Part shown: in pieces, positions 52,243 through 64,000 of the stretch
How the letters are laid out: each line of letters opens with the position of its first letter
Numbering within the stretch: the stretch's first letter is position 1
From: Octopus vulgaris
Lineage: Eukaryota
Length of the DNA: 64,000 bases
Assembly (NCBI GenBank): GCA_951406725.2
Contig: OX597815.1
Location: 15,748,001 to 15,812,000, forward strand
Direction: 5' to 3'
Translations under genes and position numbers: made by a program
The notes under the pieces: generated by a model
The model's database searches: none
The model's input: only the letters and a program-made list of their open reading frames with translations
Told to the model about the DNA's origin: nothing

Positions 52243-52637
52243 TCTTTTACTCTTTACTCTTTTACTTGTTTCAGTCATTTGACTGCGGCCATGCTGGAGC
52301 ACCGCCTTTAATCGAGCAACTCGACCCCGGGACTTATTCTTTTGTAAGCCCAGTACTTATTCTATCGGTCTCTTTTGCCGAACCGCTAAGTAACGGGGAC
52401 ATAAACACACCAGCATCGGTTGTCAAGCAATGCTAGGGGGACAAACACAGACACAAACACATACACATATATATATACGACAGGCTTCTTTTCAGTTTCC
52501 GTCTACCAAATCCACTCACAAGGCATTGGTCAGCCCGAGGCTATAGTAGAAGATACTTGCCCAAGGTGCCACGCAGTGGGACTGAACCCGGAACCATGTG
52601 GTCAGTAAACAAGCTACTTACCACAGAGCCACTCCTG
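52243..52637 (-). mobile_element. tRNA-headed SINE (family B), full length, plus an older head fragment at 52665-52750
   Basis: Same structure as 23504-23909. Confidence 0.9.
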
Positions 52638-52894
52638 CATGTAAACAATGTACACCAAAAACAGTAGACACTTGCCCAAGATACCCTGTAGTGGGACTGA
52701 AACCGAATGAAACCATGCAATTGGGAAGCAAAGTTTTTAATCACTCAGCCACACACAGCCTCACACATTCACACACACGTGTGTGTGCACACACACACAT
52801 ACACACACACAGAAGACAAGAAAGGAGGTGAGAGCAAGAGAGATAAAGAGACAAACCAACATACAGAAAGTGAATAGAGAGACACGGACAGAGA

Positions 52895-53342
52895 AAGGGA
52901 GAGAGAGAGGAGGGGAGAGGGAGACAGAGAGACAAGGACAGAGAGAGAGAGAGAGACAAGGACAGAGAGAGAGAGACAAGGACAGAGAGAGAGAGACAAG
53001 GACAGAGAGAGAGAGAGACAAGGACACAGAGAGGGAGAGAGACAAGGACAGAGAGAGAGAGACAAGAGACAGACAGAGAGAGAGAGAGAGACAAGGACAG
53101 AGAGAGAGAGAGAGAGAGAGACAAGGACACAGAGAGGGAGAGAGACAAGGACAGAGAGAGAGAGAGAGAGAAAGGACAGAGACAGAGAGAGACAAGGACA
53201 GAGACAGAGAGAGACAAGGACAGAGAGAGAGAGAGACAAGGACAGAGAGAGAGAGACAAGGACAGAGAGAGAGAGACAAGGACAGAGAGAGAGAGACAAG
53301 GACACAGAGAGAGAGACAAGGACAGACAGAGAGAAAGAGAGA
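52895..53342. repeat. Polypurine minisatellite, unit GACAAGGACA(GA)n
   Basis: About 20 units seen directly. Confidence 0.95.
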
Positions 53343-53831
53343 TGTGGGGGTGGAGGGGGAGAAACAACCTGTTGTCTAAATAATGCTACAGTCTCTGCAA
53401 ACAGGAAACAAACACTCACAGGCAACACTAATTAGTTGAGTATTCACTTTGAGTGTTTCCTCTGAGGCATTCAACTCCTCAAGGGGTACCATTTATAGTA
53501 GCTTAACCACTTAGGTGGGTGATGGTCAAGCTGTAGTAGTGGTGATGATGGTGGTGGAATTACGGAGGTGTTGGTTTTTGAAGATGGAAACAGTTGTTAT
53601 GGTAGTTGTTGATAGTGGTGTTGTTGAGTGTGGGCAGTTGTGACATGTAATCATAATGAAGAGTGGTGTAATGGTAGAGGTGTTTTGAGGTTGTTGTTGT
53701 TGTTGTTTCACTTTTGATTAGCGCTAATCAAGCTGAAGATATGCATTCATTAATTCAGGCAATATACTTATGGCCACATTATCGAATATGTCCTTCCTAT
53801 TTCTTAAGACAGTAGATATGATTTAGCAACA

Positions 53832-54457
53832 TGAGGGGGTGCTGAAAAGGCCCTGGCTTTAGGTAAAGGGAAATACAGGAGGATCAGTTGATTATGATTT
53901 TATCCACACTTATTGCAGTGGTCCTTCAGTTTTTCTAAGCCCTGTAAAAGAAGTCAGAAGGTTGAGCCTCTAATCAAGTTTTTCATGATACCTATTTCTA
54001 TTTCTTTACTACCCACAAGGGGCTAAACACAGATGGGACAAACAAGGACAGACAATCGGATTAAGTTGATTACATCGACCCCAGTGCGTAAATGGTACTT
54101 AATTTATCGACCCCGAAAGGATGAAAGGCAAAGTCGACCTCGGCGGAATTTGAACTCAGAACGTATCGATAGGTGAAATACCCTTTTCTTTACTACTCAC
54201 AAGGGGCTAAACAGAGAGAGGACAAACAAGGACAGACAATCGGATTAAGTCGATTACATCGACCCCAGTGCATAACTGGTACTTAATTTATCGACCCCGA
54301 AAGGATGAAAGGCAAAGTCGACCTCGGCGGAATTTGAACTCAGAACGTAACAGCAGATGAAATACAGCTACGCATTTTGCCCAGCATGCTAACATTTCTG
54401 CCAAGCTCGCCGCCTTATGATACCCTTAAAGCCAGGAACTTTCCAGCACCCATTCAT
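53832..54457. mobile_element. Mariner-type MITE interrupted by a dimeric family C SINE (53993-54416, minus)
   Basis: TIRs tgagggggtgctgaaaaggccctggcttta / taaagccaggaactttccagcacccattca; SINE TSD ATGATACC at 53985 and 54417. Confidence 0.85.
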
Positions 54458-54583
54458 ATATATGGCTATGGTACATCTACGCCTACAGTCAACATCTTCA
54501 GTCTGGACCCCCACAATCTTGTCTAGAATATTAATTTACTGGAAGCTGTCCAGAGATATGCAATCAGACAACGAGTACCATAT

Positions 54584-54970
54584 GAGTGAGATCGTTGCCA
54601 GAACAACAAGCCGGCTTTTGTGCCGATGGCACGTTTAGCACACCATTCGAGCGTGATCGTTACCGCGTCGCCTTACTAGCACTTGTGCTTGTGGCATGTG
54701 AAATATTCGAGTGAGGACATCGCCAGTGCCGCTGGACTGGCTCCTGTGCAGGTGGCACGTAAAAAGCACCATTTGGGCGTGGCCGTTGCCAGTACCACCA
54801 AACTGGCCCTCGTGCCGGTGGCACGTAAAATCACCCACTACACTTTCGGAGTGGTTGCCATTAGGAAGGGCATCCAGCTGTAGAAACTCTGCCAGATCAG
54901 ATTGGAGCCTGGTTCGCCAGACCTCAGTCAAAATCGTCCAACCCATGCCAGCATGGAAAGCGGACGTTAA

Positions 54971-55003
<33 letters not shown>
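54584..55003 (+). mobile_element. SINE-like family A
   Basis: Several internal units, core and (GAT)n tail. Confidence 0.9.
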
Positions 55004-55006
<3 letters not shown>

Positions 55007-55313
55007 CTCCATCAGTCACCATATCTTCAATGTTTTACTTCTCTTGGCATTGACACATTAAAGTTTCGATGTCTAGCAGCTGACTTGGTGGAAGCCCACA
55101 AGATCCACTATTACCCATCTATTTATTGCAACCTTAAAATGGGAACTGAGAGAAGTTGTTTCCCAAACTTTTTAGTCACGGTGCACTTTGGAGCAAATGA
55201 AAAATATTTTGGTGCAACAAACAGCAGATGCAGCAACAACAATATTAACAGCAGCTGCATCAAAAGCATCAGCACTAACACCAGTTGCAACAACAACAAC
55301 AATAATAGTAGAA

Positions 55314-55732
55314 AAGGCGGCTAGCTGGCAGAATCGTTAGCACGCCGGGCGAAATGCGTAGCCGTGTTTCGTCTGTCGTAACGTCCTGAGTTCAAAATTC
55401 CGCCGAGGTCGACTTTGCCTTTCATCCTTTTGGGGGCCGATAAATTAAGTACCAGTTACGCACTGGGGTCGATGTAATCGACTTAATCCGTTTGTCTCTC
55501 CTTGTTTGTCCCCTCTATGTTTATCCCCTTGTGGGTAGTAAAGAAATAGGCATTTCGTCTGCCGTTACGTTCTGAGTTCAAATTCCGCCGAGGTCGACTT
55601 TGCCTTTCATCCTTTTGGGGTCAATAAATTAAGTACCAGTTACGCACTGGGGTCAATGTAATCGACTCAATCCATTTGTCTCTCCTTGTTTGTCCCCTCT
55701 ATGTTTAGCCCCTTGTGGGTAGTAAAGAAGCA
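55314..55732 (+). mobile_element. tRNA-headed SINE (family C), dimeric body
   Basis: Head plus two ~180-bp units; TSD AATAATAGTAGAA (55301-55313, 55733-55745). Confidence 0.92.
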
Positions 55733-56836
55733 AATAATAGTAGAAGTAGTTACAACAGCAGAAAAACAGTAGAAGTAGTTACAACAACAACAACAACAAC
55801 AATAATAACAAAAGCAGCAACAACCGAAACCAGTAGTTGCAGCGGTAACGGTAACAAGAAAATACAGTAGTTGCAGCAGCAGCAGTAGTAACTACAGCAC
55901 TAACACCAAGAACAACTCCAGCAGTAAGATAAAGTATTATGTTAACAACCATCTGGCCCTTACATAAAAACAAATTTTTACTAATAGTTGTTACTATTTT
56001 TGATTGCTCCTTCAAGTTCTCATTTTTAACAATTCTCCTCAACTGCTGACTACACTCGAAGCACTTAAGGTTTCTAACTCCCACCCACAGTTTATTTCCT
56101 CTGATTAGTCTCCTACAACCAAACCCACTCATAACTTCTCAAATATGGCAAACAACATAAAACTGAAATATAATTAATTCACTGAACTTTCTGTTATAGC
56201 AATTGTCTGGTTTACAAACAAACAAACATTAAATCGCTAAGAAATTAAAAAAAAAATTAATTGGAAATGATTTAATAGCCTAGCAACGTGACTTGTTAAA
56301 AAACAGATTTTGAAACTAAATTTTTAAAATAATTTAGTAAACCTTCCCCTGTCTTTAAAAAATTAAGTAGTCTTGTATTTAATGGAATTTATAACAAACT
56401 GGAAGTGTCAGCTCTTTTAACAAGCAGCCACTGTTATGTATTATAAATGAAACTACAGTTTATAAAAAGAAATTGAAACTTTCCTTTTCCAGAATGCAGC
56501 CATACTCTCATTAAGAGCTAGTCAAACAAGCTGAACACAACAGCATTCACTAGAAATTGTTACATAAAGGTTGCAAAACTTTCTGACACTTTTCTCTCTT
56601 CGGTAATATAACCATTGTTTGTGATAATACAACACATAATAAAGAGCTTCAGTTACCAAATATTTCCCAAGTGTTTATTGCAGACAACTCATACATAAAT
56701 TTTTAGTTAAATATATTCTATGAGAATATTATATACTGAATTTATATTGAGTGCTCTATTGTATCAAAGTATTAATACTATTAAAGTATTTATATATTCA
56801 ATACGAGTGATTATATATATATATTTTTTTAATAAG

Positions 56837-56837
<1 letters not shown>

Positions 56838-56869
<32 letters not shown>

Positions 56870-57175
56870 TAACGTCTGTTTTCCATGCTAGCATGGGTTG
56901 GACGGTTCGACCGGGGTCTGGAAGCCATGGAGGCTGCACCAGGCTCCAGTCTGATTTGGCAGTGTTTCTACAGCTTGATGCCCTTCCTAACGCCAACCCC
57001 TCCGTGAATGTAGTAGGTGTTTTTTTTACGTGCCACCGGCACAGGGGCCAGAGCAGGCTGGCAAATGGCCACAATCGGTTGGTGCTTTTACGTGTCACCA
57101 ACACGGACACCAGTCAGGCGGCGCTGGCATCTGCCACATTCGGACGGTGCTTTTTACGTGTCACCGGCATGGGTG
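56838..57175 (-). mobile_element. SINE-like family A
   Basis: (CAT)n tail, core and three internal units. Confidence 0.88.
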
Positions 57176-58420
57176 TCTTAATGGCAATTTCCATTTGAAT
57201 TTTTATTTTGATTATTGATGTACTTGACTCAATAAGTCTCCTCAAGAACAGCAGGTCATATATTATTATTAATATCAAGAAATCAATATTAGAAAATTTT
57301 TCAGGAAGATATATACGTGTGTAAAATAATTGTTTTATTAAAAATATATATATATGTATAAAAATATATGTAAATATGTATAAGTATAAATATATAATGT
57401 AAATGAGAGTTTAAAAGTTTTGAATTAAGTATTTAAAGCATCTTACAATCGTTTCACAGAAGTGCCAATCCCTAGGGACAGCACAACTCATACATTAACA
57501 AAAAGGCACCTCAAGCTCCAGAGGAAACATCTACCTTATTATTCTAGTAGATGTTCCTCAATATCATGCTATTGTCTTTGATATGGAAACTATAGGAAAC
57601 AATTTCTAAAATCTAATACATATAGTTATCACTAGGAAAACAATTTAATGGTGTTATTCACTTTACAAAGTAAAAATTAACAAAGGAGATGAACAGCAAG
57701 AGAATCAAATGTTATGTAATTTATGAAGTAAAAAAAATAAATAGGCAGAACATGGAACTTTTTGTCCACTTATTGTTCATTCCTATGTCCATAACACCAC
57801 AATCACATCCCCTATACACATCATCCAATGACTTTAATGCCCAATAAGTCACTTACTCTCTGCTTCTCATATACACATCCCAAAACATAAGAATCTACTC
57901 ATTTCTCTCCAGTTTCCACAGATCTTCTGTATTCAGTGCCTGTGTCTCACTACTATTCCCCATTATACTTCTTCTACATGTTTCATATACAGTCTACCTT
58001 CACAGGTCTCCCACATTTACAACCCTTGTCTCATTACCACTTAGTGTCACACACCTTTCATATGTTGCTATTACTACAGATCTTCCACTTCCAGCACCTG
58101 TATTTCAAAGCCATATAACATCACAATTTTCAAGAGAGTGGTTGGTGTTAGGAAGGGCATCCAGTCGTAGAAACCATGCCAAATCAGACTGGAGTCTGGT
58201 ACAGCCTTCCAGCATGCCAGCCCGATCAAACCGTCCAACTCATGCCAGCAAGGACAACAGACGTTATGATGATAGGGTGGTTATGATGGTTTAGAAATTA
58301 CACTGAAATGCATAATAGAAGCAGCACACCAACTTAAGAAATTGAGTCATTCAGGAAAAGATTAAGTTGATTAATTCAGAGTGAAAAGGATTATAATTTT
58401 CCAAGTGTATAAAAAGAATA

Positions 58421-59981
58421 TGTAGCATATACTTGAGTGAAATTCCTGACCTCTCTATTATATATTCATATATATGAACATAGTAGATAACAGCTAGCCT
58501 TTGGCTGCATTTTGGACCCTGTTGTGTCTACTACTCTGATTGGTTGGTATTGGCGCAATTTGTCTCTTGCTGTATCATGCGCCAATATGCAACCCAACCA
58601 ATCGTGGCCTTCAAATAAGGTCACGTGTGACAGCCTGTTTTTCTACCTCAGCTGAGCCTACAACTCCTTATAAAAAGCCTAACTTTTCCTCGTCTTGATG
58701 TCATTCGGTTCCAGACCTTTTAAGATCTGGCCACTGACCACACAAGACACTGCCAGTTCCAGCGACAACACAACAGCAGCCACGTGGAAACTCATCAACT
58801 TCGTCCAACAGCATTCATTGACCTCCATCTCTGCCACCACCGTTCATCCTAATGCCAACATCTCTCTACGTACACAATTCAACAAGCAACTCACCCAGGT
58901 TACAACACTGCACTGTTCATGAATTACTTCACCATGGATCAACAGCAAATATACAACCTGCGAAAACTCCTGTACCAAGTGACCCAGGCAGCAGCATCAT
59001 AGCCACAACTTCACGTATGACATGTACCACAACTGGCTCTGCATCATCACTGCAACTTCTTGATACAGTATTTCAACTATCGTGTAGAATTGACTATGAG
59101 CTGGTATTTATCATTCTTGTGTCTATGAATTTACTCCTCACTTCAATTGCTATAGACTTTCACTGTAACTCCTTCATCACCATCTTATATGTTCTTAACA
59201 CGCATACGTTCATGCTTACATACACAGGCATACATCTTATTCTTATGACAGCCTGTCTATTATTCTGACGCACACACATACACACATGTTAACATATCAA
59301 TAAATCTTTTCTTAAACATTCTACCCGTTTGTGTCTTTTTTTCCCTCTGGCACTTATATGCATTGTTCTATTTACATTTATTGTATCGACCGTGTGATGT
59401 ACTAAGGAGCCATTCTCATCACTTCGCATTGTACATCATCATCATCATCATCATTGTTTAACATCCACTTTCCATGCTAGCATGGGTTGGACATATGAGT
59501 GAGGGCTGGCGAACCAGATGGCTGCACCAGGCTCCAATCTTGATCTGGCAGAGTTTCTACATCTGGATGCCCTTCCTAACGCCAACCACTCTGAGAGTGT
59601 AGTGGGTGCTTTTACATGCCACCAGCACGGGACCAGTCAGGAGGTACTGGCAATGACCTCACTTGAATCTTTTTACACATGCCACAGGCACAGGTGCCAG
59701 TAAGGCGATGCTGGTAACGATCACGCTCAAATGGTGCCTTTTACGTGCCACCAGCATGGAAGCCAGTTAGTCGCTCTGGCAACGATTACACTCAGATGGT
59801 GCTCTTAGCACCCTACTAGCACGGGGCTCAAGTGCCAGTAAGGTGATGCTGGTAACGATCATGCTCGAATGGTGCCTTTTATGTGCCACTGGCACAGAAG
59901 CCGGTTAGCCGCTCTGTCAACGATCACACTTATATGGTGTTTTTTGCACCCCGCTAGCACGGATGCCAGTTAGATGTCACA
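58421..59981 (+). mobile_element. Probable LTR (Gypsy-like) interrupted by a family A SINE (59434-59970, minus)
   Basis: Ends TGTAGCAT...ATGTCACA; CCAAT boxes, CACGTG, TATAAAA at 58669, Inr-like TCATTC at 58701, AATAAA at 59299; PBS-like TGGTGACC 3 nt after the end (59985). Confidence 0.55.
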
Positions 59982-61460
59982 AATTGGTGACCTGTTCCTG
60001 CTCCTTGAAACTACAAAACAATTATGAGAGAAGGAGATACTCCACAGGTATCTAAACCTTCAATTCCATTATAAATGAAACTAGGTTGAATTGGTTGTTA
60101 CTAATCCAGAATAAAGAAACTTTTAAGAATGAAGCCTCTGCTGCTATTGTAAATTATGTAAGGAATTTTTTATGGTGTTGTATTGCATGAATACAGATGA
60201 CAGCCTCTTTTTAAGGTTTATGGTGCTGGGACAATTCACAGATTTGCAGGCTTTTGAAAGACTTAATACACTAACTACCAGTGCATTATTACCATTCCAA
60301 GAAACTGTAATTCAACAGTTTGCTAATGACGCAGCCAATGGATCAATGTAACTTGCTACAGATTATGCCAATGAAAATATTTAGATGAAGTTCTTGGGAC
60401 AATAGAAGAACATGATCTTAGGGAAGAGACACAGGACTAAAAATACATAATAACATCAAGAACTACAATCTCATGTCTGAAGGCACCAAAGACTACCAGT
60501 CAAAACAATGCTTGAAGAATAACTTTTGTACAATTTGTAAGAAGAATTTGATTTTGAAGTCTGTGTTAATCAATTGATTAACACAGACAACTGGCTCAAA
60601 CAGACAATTTATTCTTTTATTAGTATGGTTTAATGAACATTCACATGCTATGTGAATACAGAGCTTAACATTGTTACTATGTAGTTCCAAGTTCTATCTT
60701 ATAATAATAATAATAATAATGAAATTATTGTATACAGTGCTCAGGTGCACCACAACTTGTCAAATTTATTGTGCAACATCTTGGGAAAGTGTCTTCTCCT
60801 GCAACCTCAGCCAACCAATTTTTTGTAACTGAAACTGATAAACAGAAACTGTATAGAAGCTCTTGGTGAGAGAGAGAGAATTTCTTTATTCACCATAAGG
60901 TTGAGAAAAAGAGGGGACAATACGGGGGTAGACAAAACAAACGTTGGGGTCAGGGTATTGAATGAGACGAAATGTATGAATAAACAAACAATTAAAATAT
61001 ATACAATTAAATGAGAATGAGTGATTAAGAATAAATGAAGAGTGTGTATCTTTTTTTTTTTCCTTTATCTTTTACTTATGTCAGTGCAACCATGCTGGAG
61101 TACTGCCTTGAAGGGTTTTGAATGAATCGACCCCTGCCCTTATTTTCTTAAACCTGGAACTTATTCTAATGGTCTCTTTTGTCTAACTGTTATGTGTGTG
61201 TGTGTGTTAAATGAATGAAGAGAGAGAGAGAGAAGAAAAAGTAATTAAGAAGAAATACTTGGGGACATTTATTGTATGACCCCTTAATAGTAAAGTGGGA
61301 ACTGGCATATTTAATGTAGTAAACCAAGAAACTTGAAATATTTAAAATAATACCTTTAGTCTAAATTACTAATTCTGTTTTAAAAAATGACAAGCAGACA
61401 ACCCTGTGTGTGCATCAGTGGTGTGTGTGTGTGAGTCTGTGTGTGTGTGTGTGTGTGTGT

Positions 61461-61493
<33 letters not shown>

Positions 61494-61769
61494 CATCAAA
61501 ACATGCAATTGAGAAAACATATTTGTGGGAGAAATTAATGCTTAGTCCAGCAGACAGTAAAAGTGTCAACTGATTGAAAGAGAGAAAGGTGAAAGAGATG
61601 TTGTCACATGACCACATAGTTTTAGTCATGCAGTCATGTGACTTTCATTTGTTAGAGTTGTGACAGGCAGACATCAATATATGGTCTCATTTTCTCTCAT
61701 AGAATTGATTAATTAAAAGAATAAGGCACATTCTTCTTTCCCTCTCCTCTTCTCTATTTGTTGATATCC

Positions 61770-61789
61770 ATCCATCCATCCATCCATCC

Positions 61790-61853
<64 letters not shown>

Positions 61854-61885
61854 GTCTATCTATCTGTCTATCTGTCTATCTATCA
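61770..61885. repeat. (CCAT)n/(CTAT)n microsatellite
   Basis: Seen directly. Confidence 0.95.
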
Positions 61886-62005
61886 ATCTAACTACCTGTC
61901 AAATTCACGCATGCATGCACACACACACACACACACATATACAGCTGTCTAACTGGTTGCTTATCTGAAATTCTGTTTGCTCTTTCTCTCTCTCTCTCTC
62001 TCTCT

Positions 62006-62043
<38 letters not shown>

Positions 62044-62635
62044 GTCAATCAATCAGTTTATATGGCTGACTAACGGTTCCTATCTTTATTTCTGCTTTCC
62101 CTCAGTCAGTTCTCTCTCTCTCACTCTCTTTCAGTCAGTCAATCAATCAGTTTATATGCCTATTGCTATCTTTATTTCTGCTTTCCTCAGTCAATCTCTC
62201 TCCCTCTCTCTCTCCTCCCGCTCTCTCCCTCCTTCTCTCTCTGATTATATATCACTTTGCCCCAGACATTTTTCCAGCAAGTGTCATCTTAACTGGTGAC
62301 TCATACAGAGTGACTGAGCAGCTGCATTCATATGTTGTGCTGTATTGTCATGGACAGCAGAGAGAAAGTGAGACAAGAAAAGGGGATAAAAAAAAGAGAG
62401 AGACTATACTGCTGTGTGGTACCTATTTACAGCCACATGAACTCCACCATTGAGAGCTCTCTGCCTCAAACACAGAAGCAGTGTACTTCACTCATTGTCT
62501 GTATTTGACTTCATCTACTGTTGTTGTTTTACAACCCTAGGTCAACACTCATTAGGAAAAACATACAACATATTCTTAGTTAACTGAATAATTAAGTAAG
62601 GTCTACAGATCTGTTGTTTCATATATACCATACCT

Positions 62636-63277
62636 ATTTCTTTACTACCCACAAGGGGCAAAACACAGAGGGGACAAACAAGGACAGACAAACGGATTAA
62701 GTCGATTACATGGACCCCAGTGCATAAATGGTACTTAATTTATCGACCCCGAAAGGATGAAAGGCAAGGTCAACCTCGGCAGAATTTGAACTCAGAACGT
62801 AGCGGCAGACGAAATACGGCTACGCATTTCGATCAGCTTGCTAACAATTCTGCCAGCTCGCCGCTTTTAGTAATAATAATAACCCTTTCTACAATAGACA
62901 CAGGGCCTGAAATTCTGGGAGGAGTTGAGTTGATTACATCGACTCCTGTACTCAACTGGAACTTAATTTATCGATCCCGAAAGGATGAAAGGCAAAGTCG
63001 ACCTCAGTAGAATTTGAACTCAAAACATAGTAACAGACAAAATACCTATTTCTTTACTACCCACAAGGGGCTAAACACAGAGGGGACAAACAAGGACAGA
63101 CAAACGGATTAAGTCGATTACATCGACCCCGGTGCGTAAATGGTACTTAATTTATCGACCCCGAAAGGATGAAAGGCAAAGTCGACCTCAGCAGAATTTG
63201 AACTCAGAACATAATGGCAGACGAAATACGGCTATGCATTTCGCCCGGCGTGCTAACATTTCTGCCAGCTCGCCACC
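62636..63277 (-). mobile_element. Composite family C SINE array inside one 21-bp TSD
   Basis: TSD TGTTTCATATATACCATACCT (62615-62635, 63278-63298); contains two heads and three body units. Confidence 0.85.
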
Positions 63278-63390
63278 TGTTTCATATATACCATACCTCT
63301 GCTTGCCTGGGGATCATACTGCTGAGAATCGCCCTATAACTTAACCACTTTGGTGTGACTAATTTTGTGTTACACTGTGACAGTCTAGAC

Positions 63391-63591
63391 CAGTGGTTTT
63401 CAACCAGGGTTCTGCCAGTACAGTCCAGGGGTTCCGCAAGAAGTTACAAAACTGCTAAAATCGGCAGTAATTTTTAATTCTCCTGTGCAGATATGTGTGC
63501 ATAAGACTATTAAATTATTGCACAGGGGTTCCCCGAGCCAGTGGAATGTTTCCTTGGGGTTCCACTCCAGCAAAAAGTTTGAAAAGCACTG
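63391..63591. mobile_element. hAT (Charlie-like) MITE
   Basis: TIRs CAGTGGTTTTCAACC / GTTTGAAAAGCACTG; perfect 8-bp TSD GTCTAGAC. Confidence 0.92.
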
Positions 63592-63644
63592 GTCTAGACA
63601 TATACTCTATTTCTTTTGTTTTTGTGGTTATTACTGCCATTGCT

Positions 63645-64000
63645 GCTGCTGTTGTTGTTGTTAAGCAACAAGACGGGTAAGGGTGAGTTCACTGCATCTG
63701 TTCTGTGGGTTGGGAGACGTCTGGCAGGTCGGGAGCGGAAGTCCACTTTTCCCAGATCCGAAGGACAAGTACGGGTCACTGGCCAGAGCGTCTGGTGGGG
63801 TTGGCATTTGCGGCGGGCGATGGATCCGTGGACAGTCGTAGATGACATGCTCCGCCGTCTCCTCTCCCACTCCGCACTTTCTGCAGGTTCTGTCTATGGC
63901 TCGGTCGATCTTGTAGAGCCAGTACTTGAAGTCCGGGTGATGACCACTTCTAAGTCAGCTGGTTAGAGACAAATCAGTGGCTCTGCTCACTTTCTCTCAC
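63645..64000 (-). mobile_element. 3' end of a non-LTR retrotransposon (I-group-like) running off the right edge
   Basis: LRSGHHPDFKYWLYKIDRAIDRTCRKCGVGEETAEHVIYDCP: C-terminal CCHC zinc finger; (CAA)n tail. Confidence 0.85.

Noticed and set aside
59600-59970. Repeat-spacer pattern resembling a CRISPR array
   Set aside because: Spacers are homologous to each other, the units belong to a dispersed eukaryotic retroposon, and there are no cas genes.

Overview
AT-rich, repeat-dense animal genomic DNA, most likely octopus (inferred from the SINE families and microsatellite load, not confirmed by a search). The only host protein-coding gene is the 5' part of alpha-spectrin on the minus strand: three coding exons (6877-6632, 5537-5412, 3861-3721) with canonical GT-AG sites, continuing off the left edge. 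A CpG-rich candidate promoter/first exon lies at about 39.26-40.2 kb, with further candidate 5' exons in the roughly 32 kb first intron. The rest is transposon-derived: three SINE families, RTE and other LINE fragments, Tc1/mariner, hAT and Helitron elements, Penelope-like fragments with minimal hammerhead motifs, a probable LTR and a hairpin element. Best leads: a candidate 18-nt in-frame spectrin microexon with a nearby hairpin; a 42-codon uORF separated from the spectrin ATG by one UGA; a hairpin element with repeated tandem G.A mismatches and a GCGAAAGC cap; hammerhead motifs in the spectrin pre-mRNA sense; and multimeric SINEs with a candidate LINE partner. Almost all long ORFs in the supplied track are microsatellite artefacts.
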